From NCBI RefSeq assembly GCF_006345805.1, contig NC_043002.1, forward strand, positions 94,922,001-94,986,000: a stretch of DNA of 64,000 nucleotides. Direction: 5' to 3'. The translations under genes were made by a program, and so were the position numbers. This DNA is from Octopus sinensis. Its lineage: Eukaryota. Position 1 is the stretch's first letter. Each line of letters begins with the position of its first letter. A model generated the notes under the pieces. It searched no databases, was not told where the DNA came from, and was given only the letters and a program-made list of their open reading frames with translations. This document shows positions 1 through 12,479 of this stretch, piece after piece.

Positions 1-975
1 TTTTTTCAACTAAAAAAAAATTCTTCAAGACAGTGTGGCCAAAGTCCAGTGACTGAAACGAGTAAAAGATGAAGTATGAGAAATCTTCATTGAATATTTC
101 ACCCTTTTATTTATTTATATTTTTTACTTATTAATTCCTTGCACTTCGATAGAAGTAGCGTCAGAATATCTTTTTGTTGATGATTTTAAGGATATGCTTA
201 CACCTTGAATGTAATATAGAAATTTTTTTTTCCTTCATTTTTACTACTTTTACTACTGCTATTTCAGCAACGGTGTGGTTCAATATTCTTTGCATGACCA
301 TTTCTTTGAAAGGCCTTTCTAAAAATCAAAAAAGAAAACAAACAAAATATTGAACCATCCATTCACTTTTCATTGTACTTCCATTGCATATTGATGGTAC
401 GAGAGAAATATATACGGAAGAGGGGAAAATATTCATTGCAGGTGACTCAGTTTCAAAATTAATTTTCATGAGTTGTGAACAATCAGCTTTCTATATCAAT
501 AACAATGTACATTGATATTGGTCTTGTGCATCCATTCATTAAACTGATTACATTAGTATCGAAGCTATTCTTAAGTCTTTTCAACATTTTCCATAAACCT
601 GTTTTTGGCCAGTTCAGGGTCACCTTCTTCTGCTTCAGTTCACAGTTTTTTGCCATTTTCACATTCCAGTTCTTTTCATTTTAATCTTGATTTCCAACCT
701 ATTCCCCCATTTCGCTGTTTGAAAATGAGTTTTGAATTGAAAGTAGCAATGTTAACTGCATCAGTATCACTGATCTCAGCCTGCAGTGGCAATAGGTGCT
801 GCTCTTTCCTACAGTCATATACATATATATACATATATTTATAACTAATATATATATATATATATAATATATATATGTATATATATAATATCTAGGCTTC
901 TGGTTTTAAATTGATATTAATTAAATTAATATTCAAATTATCACCCTCATTATTTAAATCATATGTATATATATA

Positions 976-1025
<50 letters not shown>

Positions 1026-1029
1026 GTGT

Positions 1030-1875
1030 AGTTTCAGCTCAGAACTGCGGCCATGCTGATGCACTGCCGTTTTGCTACACTGCCGTTTTGCTACACTGTT
1101 ATTACTCAGAGCCTCCTCCAATATGTGGCACTTAGTGAAGAATGGAGTTTGATGTAGCTATCCTCAGTTGCACCTCTTGCCGTAAGGTAGGTTCATTTGG
1201 GATGCTCAACAGGAAGATGTCCAGCTTTGATTTAAAAATGCCTACATCTACTTTGTGCAGGTTCCTCAGGCTCTTTGGGAGAATATTAAAAACCTGTGGA
1301 CCCCTGAAACCCAGGCTGTTGCAGTAACTGGTCCTGAAGCGCGATGGCGTTGATGGGATCTTTGGCACTAAACAGTGTTGTCCCATTCTGGCATTGGTGT
1401 AGCTTTCAATGCCAAAATTTGTTACAATTCCTTCCAGGATCTTCCAGATGTATATTACTGCATACCTCTCCCGTCTTCTCTCCAAGGAGTAGAGTCTTAG
1501 CTGTTTCAGCCTTTCCCAGTAGCTGAGCTGTTGCAAAGAGACGATCTTCTTTGTGAATCTTTTCTGGATTGCTTCAAGGTCCACTGTTAATTTCACACTG
1601 GTGGGTGACCATAGCTGTGAGCAGTAATCCAGGTGGCTGAGGATGAATGTTCTCCAGAGGACCATCATTGTTTCCTTATCTCTGGTTCTGAATGTTCTCA
1701 GGATCCATCCAGCCAGTTGTCTGCACTTTGTCACCATCCTGGTAATGTGTACTTGGAAAGAGGTATCATCACTCATGTCAATACCCAGGTCCCTCACTGA
1801 TTTAGGCTCTGGGATTGAAATTCCTTGTGGACCAGCGTACCCTGTAAGTTTCATAGTCTGTTTTGGATGCTGGTA
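1030..1875 (-). mobile_element. 5'-truncated CR1/L2-group LINE: reverse transcriptase C-terminus and 3' UTR
   Basis: ORF 1132..1890(-) has VRDLGI...LAGWILRTF...SHLDYCSQLWSP...YSLERRRERY, typical of the post-RT region of CR1/L2-group ORF2. Its N-terminus runs into microsatellite. The 3' tail reads ggcagtgcatcagcatggccgcagttctgagctgaaac. Confidence 0.88.
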
Positions 1876-1879
1876 GCTG

Positions 1880-2432
1880 TGCATGTGCATATATAGATGT
1901 GTATATGAAATTTTTTGTGCGTGTATTTGTGTGTGCGCATGGGTGCTGGTATGTATATATGTACATGTGTATGATTACATATATACATGGGTGTACATGC
2001 GAGTGTTCCACATGAGTGTGAGTGAGCATATGCATAAATAGCATGTACTTATTTTAGACGTCCATTTGAATATAACTGTGCATGTGTGCGCAGATATACA
2101 TATGTGTAAATTGTGCGTGTGTGTGTGTGTGCATTTGTACGGGTATGAATATATGTACATGTGTATGGTTGCATATATATGTTGGTGTACATGCGAGTGT
2201 GTGTGAGCATATAGCATGTGCATATTTCTAGACATGCATTTGAATATAACTGCGCATATGGGTATGTGCACATGTGTGTACATGCATGCTTGCATATATA
2301 TGTGCATATATTGGCATATGTGTGGGTGCACATTTGCATGATCAGACGAGTGTGAGGAAGCATATGCATATAGGCACATGTATGTGGGTGTACATGCATG
2401 CATGTGTATGTATATATATATGCATACATATG
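1880..2432. repeat. Degenerate (TG/TA/CA)n compound microsatellite with a diverged internal duplication
   Basis: Alternating purine-pyrimidine tract; the catttgaatataactg block occurs twice (about 2062 and 2237). Confidence 0.8.
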
Positions 2433-2788
2433 CGATCGCTATGAGCATTTCTACTCCTTTATTTTTTACTTCCTTCCCTTCGATTTTTCACGTATTTATC
2501 GGTCATTCTAATAGCTCTTTTGTCTTAATAACTACATAGTAATTTCCTTTTGTTTAATGGTCATTTTCATAGCATATTTTGATTGCTTCATTAACTGAAG
2601 AGATGCCGGTGCAGGTTTCTGCCCCAACATCCAAAACCCGGCAACCAAATAATTGTCACATATTATATTACAGATAAATTCATTTATTTACATAATATCA
2701 AGGTCTCTTTCATTATTTTGTTTTCTTGCCATTATTATTAGTATATTTATTTATATATATATTGATATATATATATTATTTATTTACT

Positions 2789-2819
<31 letters not shown>

Positions 2820-3714
2820 TATTTATTTACTTATATATATATATATTTATATATATATATATATATATTACGGAGATGTACTTGCATAGCAAGTGACCTG
2901 ATCTGGGATCGTGTCTTGGAACAAAAGCAATTTCAGTGTGGAAAGTGTTTATAAGCTATTTAAGAAAACGCACAAAAACTGTTAGATTCACTTCATTTAA
3001 ATTTACGCATGTATGTATGTAAGCATGTTTGTATGTACTTATGTATGTATGTGAGTATTTAGGTAAGTGTGTAGACGTGTCTGTGTGTGTGTACATGTAT
3101 ATGTACATGTGAACGTATGTTTATGTACTGATATGTGTATGCTCATGTTGTATACATGACTGTTACTTTGTTGAAGGTTGTATACACACACATATAAATG
3201 TATATAGACACACACACACACACACATTTATATGTGTGTGTGTGTGCATTTGTCCCTCTCACCACTGTCTAACGGTGAATAGATACATATATGCACATAT
3301 AACCTTACTTATACATATATACGAGTACACACAATCCTATAGACACTAACACACACTCACAAATATACATATAATCTTAAAGTATACACACATATACACT
3401 TATCCATCTCTACATATATATATATAAATATTTATATATATATATGACACTATTTTCAAGGACAACAGTTAAAATTCAGATTTGCTTTATTTTATTTTTT
3501 TAAAATTTTTTACACGCATACATATACAATACATACATATATCTACGCATACACACATGTACACACACACACACACACATATATATCTACACATATGTAC
3601 ATACGTATCAAGCTATGTATGCTCATACGGTTATATATAACTACATATATGTATTTTAGTATCATGCATTTCAACATGTATTTATGGATTTACACATGTA
3701 AATGAGAAAGAGGG

Positions 3715-4012
3715 GTGGCTATAGAGGGTTACTCCCAAGTGGAATCTGGATGTTTCCCCATTTGGATTTACAGTCGAGAGTGGGTTTGTATTCTTGTATA
3801 CATACAGCTTCAGTGACTTGTCTCAGCATTGCATCAGTGGGATGTGTGGATAAGATGTTTAACTTAAGTCTCCCTAAGGAGCTGTTGTGGCAGTCTACAG
3901 CATGCTGATAGAAGATGGAGTTCGGTTTCTTTTCAATGTAGTTGTTCAGGTGTTCTTTGAACCGATCTTTGATACTCCTAGAAGTTTCAACAGTGTATGA
4001 CTCTGGTATACA
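3715..4012 (-). mobile_element. Penelope-like element fragment, GIY-YIG endonuclease domain
   Basis: Translation YTVETSRSIKDRFKEH...NSIFYQHAVDCH...LRQVTEAVCIQEYKPTLD matches the PLE GIY-YIG pattern (YIGET-R-L--R--EH...H...E---I----P-LN). Truncated by an adjacent (CAT)n tail. Confidence 0.8.
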
Positions 4013-4013
4013 G

Positions 4014-4050
<37 letters not shown>

Positions 4051-4087
4051 TTAGCATCTGTTTTCCATGCTAGCATGGGTTGGACAA
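4012..4087 (-). mobile_element. Short 3' end of RTE LINE with (GAT)n tail
   Basis: (tca)n followed by tttagcatctgttttccatgctagcatgggttggac, the reverse complement of the tail at 46980-47040. Confidence 0.8.
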
Positions 4088-4240
4088 ATGCTCTTGGTTT
4101 TGTAGTTCACATGTGGATTTGTTAAACAATCCAAGGATTGTTCAACAACAAAGTCTAGTACAGTCATTGCAAAATAACTAGTACAACATGGGTAAGATAT
4201 GAAGGCAATGTAAGAGCATCTCCATTCCTTATATATTATG

Positions 4241-4780
4241 TATGTGTGGTTAAGAAGCTACCTTCCCAGCCTTGTGCCTCTGCATGGCACCTTCAGGAAG
4301 TGTTTTCTACTGTAGCCCCGGTCTGATAAAAGCTTTGTGAAAGGATATGGTAGACAGAAACTGAAGGAAGTGTGTGTGTATTATCTTCATCCTCAATCAT
4401 CATTAACGTCTCTTTTCCATGTTGGCATGGGTTGAATACTTTGAGAGATGTTGGTAAGCTGGAGAGCTGGAGCTGCACCAGGCTTCAATTGCCTGTTTTG
4501 GCAAGGTTTCTATGGTTGGATGCCCTTCCTAATCCCAATCACTTTACAGAGTGTACTGTCTGTGTTTTTGTCTCTCCCTCCCCCATTGCTACTTGACAAC
4601 TGGTATTGCTTTGTTTTCATCCCTGTAACTTAGCAATTTAGCAAAAATGACTGATAGAATAAGTACCAAATTTTAAAAAATAGACTAAGTACAAGGGTTG
4701 ATTTGTTCGACTAAACCTCTCAAGGCAGTGCTCAAGCATGGCCACAGGCCAATGATCAAAGCAAGTAAACGATAAAAAAA
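4241..4780 (+). mobile_element. Degraded tRNA-derived SINE (family B) with a nested antisense RTE 3' tail
   Basis: Similar to the clean copies at 20799 and 28383; RTE tail motif ggatgcccttcctaat at about 4519. Confidence 0.7.
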
Positions 4781-5019
4781 TGTGTGTGTGTGTGTATTGA
4801 ATATACTATTATTAAGAAGTGAATTGTAAGAAATGTCAAATTAAATGTTAAGTGGGAAGAAGTTTTATATTACAAAATTAATATTAAAAAATTAAGAAAA
4901 AGACATATTTAAAAGTATTTAATAGCTTTCTGAATCTGTGAGTGAAATATGTAAAGTATTGGAATGGATTCTGAGCTTAATTTTTCTATCTTTACTTGTA
5001 ATTTTTTTTTTTTTTTGAC

Positions 5020-5600
5020 AGGTGCAGGTGTGGTTGTATGGAAAGTAGTTTCCTTCCCAACCACATAGTTCTGGGTTTAGTTCCACTGCACGTCACCTTA
5101 GCAAGTGTCTTCTGCTATAGCCCTGGTCAAACAAAGCCTTGTGAATGGGTATGGTCGACACAAGTTCACAGAATCCTGTTGTGTGTGTAATCATTAATTG
5201 AAACCAACGATGGTTTGTGTACATCCCCATAACTTAGCAGTTCAGCAATAAGAGACTGATAAAATATGTGTGGTGGCGAGCTGGCAGAATCGTTAGCACG
5301 CCAGATGAAATGCTTAGCGGTATTTCGTCTGTTTTTACATTCTGAGTTCAAATTCCGCCAAGGTCGACTTTACCTTTCATCCTTTCGGGGTCGATAAATT
5401 AAGTACCAGTTACCCACTGGGGTCGATGTAATCGACTTAATCCCTTTGTCTGTCCTTGTTTGTCTCCTCTATGCCCCTTGTGGGCAATAAAGAAATAAGT
5501 ATATGTACCAGGCTTTAAACATAAAGCACCAGGGTTGATTTGTTTGTATGACCCTTCCAAGGCAGTGCCTAGCATGATCACTGTCCAATAACTAAAACAA
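5020..5600 (+). mobile_element. SINE family B interrupted by SINE family A
   Basis: Family B head at 5020; its 3' part resumes after 5500 (aaggcagtgcctagcatgatcactgtcc). Confidence 0.7.
5272..5498 (+). mobile_element. tRNA-derived SINE family A
   Basis: A-box-like tggcagaatcgttagc, B-box-like gagttcaaattcc, central ctttcatcctttcggggtcgataaattaagtaccag; repeated at 8.8, 14.2, 36.1 and 54.7 kb. Confidence 0.85.
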
Positions 5601-5807
5601 TTTAGATAATATTGTTGGAAGAAAACTAGATGTTCAATATTGTTTTATTATCAGTTCTTATATTTAATAGCTAATAGATGTCACTTTCATGTATTTTGTC
5701 CTTCTTGAGTTTTAGAAAATATTAAAATACAATGAATGCACAAAATGCAAGGATCCTAAATGATGAAAATGTGATTTAATGAAACTCTATTTTTATGACA
5801 CTTCATG

Positions 5808-6080
5808 TTGTGGAGGCACATGGCCTAGTGGTTAGAGCAGCGGACTCACGGTCAAGGGATCGCGGGTTCGAATCTCAGACCGGGCGATGTGTGTGTTTAT
5901 GAGCGAAACACTTAAGCTCCATACGGCTGATTCTTTCACCACAACTTTCTCTCACTCTTTCCTCCTGCATCTTGCAGCTCACCTGCGACGAACCGGTGTC
6001 CCGTCCAGGTGGGAAACCTATACGCCAAGGAAACCGGGAAACCAGTCCTTATGAGCCAGGCATGGCTCGAGAAGGAAGGA
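5808..6080 (+). mobile_element. tRNA-derived SINE family C with 10-bp target site duplication
   Basis: A box tggcctagtgg, B box gggttcgaatc; TSD acacttcatg at 5798-5807 and 6081-6090; second copy at 19885-20160(-). Confidence 0.88.
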
Positions 6081-6443
6081 ACACTTCATGATAATCATAA
6101 GCTCACCATGGCAGAAATAGGTCCCACAGGGTGGAAGGGAGTGGCAGTGCCAAGGGAGGTGAAGTAAGAGTGCATCTAGACTGCTGCAAGCAATTTGATG
6201 AGTCCACAGGTACTGTGGGCAGATAAATGCTAAAGAAAGAAAAAAGTCATTGTCACAACCCCCATTTGACCAAAGCCTGCATATTTTCCCTAACTATGCC
6301 AGAGCCTGTTGTTCATGTATTAGTTTACATAACCACTTGAAAGCTTGCTGCTTTTTCTCATGATTTTTAGACATGAAGGAACTGCCATTAGAATGTAAGG
6401 AATATAACTTTTGGAATATGGTCCTGATAGAAAAAATTTATAT

Positions 6444-6644
6444 TTAACCCCTCAGCATTCAGATTATTGTCAAATTAATGCTTATTTATTTACATTGCTT
6501 CAAATTAATCATGCATTATCTTGTATCTTTGTGATTTTGGTCATTAGAATGATTTTGTAGGATAAGTGTGAGAGGCAGGATCTGGCAAGTCTGAACCTAA
6601 AACGGGCAGAATATTTTGGTTGGTTTAAATGCCAAAAGGGTTAA
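6444..6644 (+). mobile_element. piggyBac-type MITE family F (TTAA-CCC...GGG-TTAA)
   Basis: Termini ttaaccc...gggttaa; same body as the copies at 16159, 17280, 17770, 21297, 25399, 35245 and 63090. Confidence 0.7.
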
Positions 6645-6879
6645 CCATGACCATTTTCCAATTGTTGAGTGTGGTAGGAGGAAGGAGGTTATCACTAGAC
6701 TAGAGACCAGTTCAAAATGTTTGAAACAGAGTGGTCTCTGCTAAAAGTACCCAAAGGTCAAGTAGAGTTCTTGAACTTTTTGATAATTTACAATTCTTTT
6801 CTGATAAACTTTCAAGTAAACAAAATGAAAATAAAAAGAAATATTCTTTGAATAATACTCAGTGTTGGTTTCTCATGTC

Positions 6880-7390
6880 TGTGTTTGTGTATGCCTGTAT
6901 GTATGCGTATTCATATATGTATGCGTATTCATATATGTATGTGTATGCATGTATGTATGCATATGTATGCATGTGTATGAATGTATGTATGCATATGCAT
7001 GTGTGTATGCACATGCATATGTGTATGCATGTATATGCATGCATGTGTGTATGCCTGTATGTATGCGTATTCATGTATGTATGCGTATTCATATATGTAT
7101 GTGTATGCATGTATGTATGCATATGTATGCATGTGTATGAATGTATGTATGCATATGCATGTGTGTATGCACATGCATATGTGTATGCATGTATATGCAT
7201 GCATGTGTGTGTGCATGTATGAATATGCATGCACATGTATGTATGTCTTGCATATGTGTGTATTTGTATTTGTGTGTGTATGCATCTGTGTTATGTATCT
7301 GCATGTATATATGCGTGTGTATATGTGTTAGGTATATGCATATATATTTGTATGTGTGTATATATGCATGTGTATATACGTATATGTGAG
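6880..7390. repeat. Compound TATG/CATG microsatellite with a 160-bp tandem duplication
   Basis: The atgcctgtatgtatgcgtattca block starts at 6891 and again at 7051. Confidence 0.85.
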
Positions 7391-8231
7391 CTGATAGCTT
7401 ACATTGTTTTTAAATAAGTTTCGATTATCTTTTAAGTTACAAAGCTGAATCTAATTATATTAATTTAAATTTCTGTTGTGCTTGCACTTTTGTTATTGAG
7501 ATTAAATGCTGAAGTGTGAAGGACAGCATTTTAAAACTGCATGTCTTGGGTCTTTTTCTATGACTTGGTATATATATCTAAAGGTTAGCATGTATGCGAA
7601 CATTTTAGGGAAACTTTTCTTTTTTTTTTCATAATTTCTCTATCTCCTCACAAATTTTGAGATAAAAACAGAAATGTAAAAATAGTTTTTTTAATCTCTA
7701 TGACTAACCTCTTTAAAAGCTTTTTCCCTTTTTTCAACTGTTAAAACATTTTGAATGGTTTATTTGCATTCCATGGTAAAAAGTTTGTGTATGTATATGT
7801 GAATATACATTTATGCATTTATATGTAGATATATAATATATGTATGAGTATATATATGTACGTATGTGTGTGTGTATATATATATAAAATACGCACGCAA
7901 ACACATTATAACCGACTATTGACAAATATACAAATGTTTACTTTTCCTGACTCATGCATTCTTAAATGGCATACCTATGTGCGTGCATTCTTAAATGGCA
8001 TACCTATGTGCGTGTGTATGTACAGGTATATGCACATTTGCTTATCTAGCTTGATAAACTAGATACTGATATAGCTATCTACCTCTCTCACTTTCTTTCT
8101 CCATATATATAAATATATATATATATATAATATACAAAAAGGGTGAAATATAATTAATTTAATAAAATTAATAAATTTCAACTAGTAGTTTATCAGTATG
8201 GAAAAGACCATATTTGGTAAGGATTATATTA

Positions 8232-8828
8232 ATTATAATAAAGGGTTAATTGCAACAAGTTGCTCAAAACCACATACCGAAAATGCTAGAAATGGCAGCC
8301 AGATAGGTCACCATTTCCCTACTAGTAAAAAGGTCTCCACAAACAATCAGGATTTGCAACCCGTATATGGCAAAAAGGAAGAAAATAACGGAATCACAGC
8401 CCTTTTGGATTAATTACAGACGAAAATTTGTTTCTGGATGAGAACCAGAGGGAAATACGATTTCGCTTGTCTATATAAATGTAGTGATGCTGGCAGACCA
8501 TTATTATATCGTTCGGTGTCGCCTGATCGAGCCGGTATAATGGGTGAGTCTTTTTTTCCCCTAGCATTTCTAGATTTATAGGAAATATTGCATTGACAAG
8601 GAAATGAACCTCTGGTTCTCATCCAGAAACAAATTTTCATCTGTAATTAATCCAAAAGGGCTGTGATTTCGTTATTTTCTTTCTTTTTGTCATATACGGG
8701 TTGCAAATCCTGATTGTTTGTGGAGACCTTTTCACTAGTAGGGAAATGGTGACCTATCTGGCTGCCATTTCTAGCATTTTCGGTATGTGGTTTTGAGCAA
8801 CTTGTTGCAATTAACCCTTTATTATAAT
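8232..8828. repeat. Long inverted repeat (220-bp arms, 157-bp spacer) near (TA)n tracts
   Basis: 8232-8451 is a near-exact reverse complement of 8609-8828; the same peptide appears on opposite strands in the ORF track. Confidence 0.95.
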
Positions 8829-8841
8829 ATATATATATATA

Positions 8842-9061
8842 TATTTCTTTACTGCCCACAAGGGGCTAAACACAGAGAGGATAAACAAACAGATTAAGTC
8901 GATTACATTGACCCCAGTGCGTAACTGGTACTTAATTTATTGACCCCGTAAGGATGAAAGGCAAAGTCGACCTCGGCAGAATTTGAACTCAGAACATAAC
9001 GGCAGACGAAATACTGCTATGCATTTTGCCCGGCATGCTAACATTTCTGCCAGCTCGCCGC
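8842..9061 (-). mobile_element. SINE family A
   Basis: Reverse complement of the 5272-5498 family. Confidence 0.85.
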
Positions 9062-10423
9062 CCTCAATATATATATATATATATATATATAGGTGCAGGA
9101 GGAGTGGGTGTGTGGTAAGTAGCTTGCTTACCGACCACATAAGAACTTGTGGACCTTTTTATTCAAACAGCACTTATGAGCATCAGAACTCTGTGTAAAA
9201 TAGAAGTTCAAGAATTCACATACAGCCTGAGGACATGTACATTGCATATACATAGAAACTGCTGACAACTGGAGAGGCCTAAACAGTTCAAAACATTTAT
9301 ATTATCACAAAAGGTTAAAAGCCTTCAAAAAACAATTTCCTTATATGCTGATTATCTTAATATAATTTTTCCATTGTTTAAACAATTGCTGTTTCATGGC
9401 CAAGAGTTCACATTCTAATTTTTGCATTGGAGTTATAGAACACTAATGCAAAAATTTATAATTTTATATTTCAAGATTTTCCTCACTAGTATTGAGAAAC
9501 TATCAAAGAAAATGCTGTGAGCTATATATTTTTCACACTCATTATATTCTTGGTTCAAGTTCTACTTGTACCAAATTTGTACTTTCTAATGTTGATTAAT
9601 TAAATACCAGTCAAGGACTGGGCTTGATTTAATTGCTAGTTGATATTATTTACTGCTTTTATTTAACATAAGATGTGATATCTCTTCAAAAAGTTTTTTT
9701 TTAAATATATTGTGCAGGCATAGCTCACTTTATAATCATGTGGTTTCAGGTTCAGTCCTACTATGTGTCAACTTGAGTACCTGCTTCTATAGCTCTGGGC
9801 CAATCAATACCTTGTGAATGAATTTGGTTGACTGAAACTGTGTGGAAGCGCATCATCTACTACATATGTGGAAAATTGGTGTGTGTTTGTTTGTGGTGTT
9901 GTTAGCTAACTCTCCCTACATCGTTGTATTGATTTTAATGAAACTTGACACGTGAGTAGAACTCATGTCTGGAAACCTCGTGACATACTTCGATTGTTTA
10001 AAAATCAATAATACGGCCACTGGAAGAGACCTTTATATCTACCTTATATAACTAATTTATTTTTAAACTCCTAAGGGAAATAACCCATAGCACCTGTACA
10101 ATAGTTTTTTTAAAACACTCAAGGTAAATAACCCATTTCATTGTTTATGCTCAGATAAGCATTAATGTGCATGTGTGTGTGTACATGTGCTTGCTCTAGT
10201 GGTTATATTCCTTGTACTTAACAGTTTGGCAAAAGTGGGTGATAAAATAAATACCAGACTTTAAAAAATTAGTCTTTGGGATGGATTTGTTTTGACTAAG
10301 CCCCCTTCAAGGCAGTGTCCTGGCATGGCCATAGTCCAATGACTGAAACAAGTAAAAGAACAAATATTATATATAAATATATATATACACACACATTTGT
10401 ATATTTGTTTTTCAATGTAGTAT

Positions 10424-10482
<59 letters not shown>

Positions 10483-10485
10483 CAC

Positions 10486-10900
10486 ATTGACCGACCAGTC
10501 CGTCAGGCATCCATTTGACACCGCTGGTCACAGCACGCTGTCCACTCCTCTCTGGATTGCGCCTTTCTCATCCACGTGATCCCAATCGTAACTCCACCAT
10601 CGTGGAGGCCTTCCGAGTGGTCGTTTCCACTCGCGTGGGTCCACTGATTATCGGTGAGCCGGGCGATGTGTCCAGCTCATCTAAACTTGCTGCATGTATA
10701 CTCTGCGATGACATCCCTCACGCCGGACTTCTTTCTGATGATCTCACTACTGATGTGCTCTCTCAACGAGATACCAAGCATTGACTTTTCCATGGCTCTT
10801 TGAGCCGTTACCAGTCTCTGCTCTTCTCTCTTTGTGGTAGCCCATGTTTCACTACCATATAACATTGCAGGTAGTACTGTACTGTTGATGAGGTTGGCGC
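10486..10900 (-). mobile_element. RTE-clade LINE 3' fragment (second RTE family)
   Basis: MLYGSETWATTKREEQRL...QRAMEKSMLGISLREHISSEIIRKKSGVRD..., then stop-AGHIARLTDNQWT; RTE C-terminal signature; flanked by (TA)n. Confidence 0.85.
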
Positions 10901-12479
10901 ATGTATATATATATATCTATATATTCACACACAAATAAAACTGCATAGGAGAGGAAAAGGTATCAATTCATTCTTCAATTTGAAGGCTCCATTTAAAATA
11001 TTCATGTTTAAGTTCATTGCTTTTCATAACTTTCTCTTGCACTGTATCTCATTTCCTACAGTGGTAGTTAACGACCATGAAAATACTGCTCTATATCAAT
11101 TTGATCACATTTTGCTAGCTTCCTCCCTCTCAATCCTCTAATATATGGAGGAGAGAATGAAAAAAAAAAAAAGAAATCAATTCTCTTTCTATTCAGGACT
11201 TTCAATGTAGTATCACTTTCAGTTATATAGAGGAAATATGTTCTTGAACTTTTTTTCCTATTCTATTTTTACATTAACCTTCTAGCACACAAACTCTCAT
11301 TTGCAACTCTGTCATTTCATTCTGACTATATTATTTATAGAATGTCATTTGAAATTTATCTACATTTTTACCTCTTCCATAGACTTTTTAATTTTAATTT
11401 TTTTTTTTTTTTTTCCATTTCTTTCCATCAATCTTCAGTGTATTACACTTCAAGGTATGAAGGTACTCCCATGTACATTAATGTTTCAGAAATTCATTCA
11501 ATGCAAAGCACAAAATTTGTGACTCTTTTTGCTGTTATGATGGGAACTATAAAAATGTATCTAAGATCAAATTTTAGACATTCTACAAGAGTTCAAAATA
11601 ATATTTCTTGGCAGACAGGTATTCTAACACATTTATTAAGTATTATTTACCTTTGTTTTTTAATTTGTTTTTTTTCTTTTTTCAATGCTTGGTATCAAGG
11701 AATTTAAGTTGAGGATATTGCTGTCAGGTCTATTATTTATGACTTCAGCTGAGATGTTAGTTTGACTGACTGCATACATTATTTATGTCATTTAGTTTTA
11801 GAATTTGTTTATATATGATTGGCTGGAAATAAGGTTTCTTTAATTTTCTTTTATTTTTATTTTTCATTTTCACAATTCTAAGCTTTTCACTTTTGGAATG
11901 TTTAACTTCAGCTAAAATATATGTTTGAAATTCCCAGTTTAAAATAATTATATTAAGGATAATGTTTTATTATGGAAACATAATTGGGGATAAAGTATTT
12001 AAGTGAATGTTATTTAAAGAATGATTAGCCATCAGAAAAATAGAATTAGTAATATCTTTGAAACTAGTTTAGATCTTCATGTTACATAAGCCTATTTGAT
12101 GGATATTTGAATGAAAGGATTAATCAAGAGCAGATACTGTACAGAAGCCTGTTGTATATATGTATGTAGAGATGTATGCTTATAAAGAGCTGTGGCTAAA
12201 CAGTGGGGTCAGTGTGTATGTGTGTGTTAAAGAGTAAAAAAAAAAGCCACTTTGATACAGGCCTAAGCTTACACAACCTAGGTCTAGCTGTATGGATGAG
12301 TATCCCATCATTGTACACTAGAGATAGCACTCTCACCCCACTCAGCAGTGTACACTTGGGGCAGAGCCCCCTTACTAGTGTGCACTTTAGGCAGAGCCTT
12401 CTTACGCTCACCTGTGTAAAACATAGGCAATCCCATTCCATCCCCAGCAGTGTATACTAGAAACAGGGCATGTCAGCAG

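Noticed and set aside
380-815. Possible decayed LINE endonuclease on the minus strand (WNVKM...ELKQKKV)
   Set aside because: Only a short motif resemblance with many stops; cannot be supported without an HMM search.
5812-5885. tRNA-like sequence (also at other SINE heads)
   Set aside because: A/B boxes continue into repeated SINE bodies and the acceptor stem is not intact; not tRNA genes.
9265-9300. Hammerhead-like ctggagaggc...gttcaaaac
   Set aside because: Both core strands are mutated and there is no stem I or stem III.
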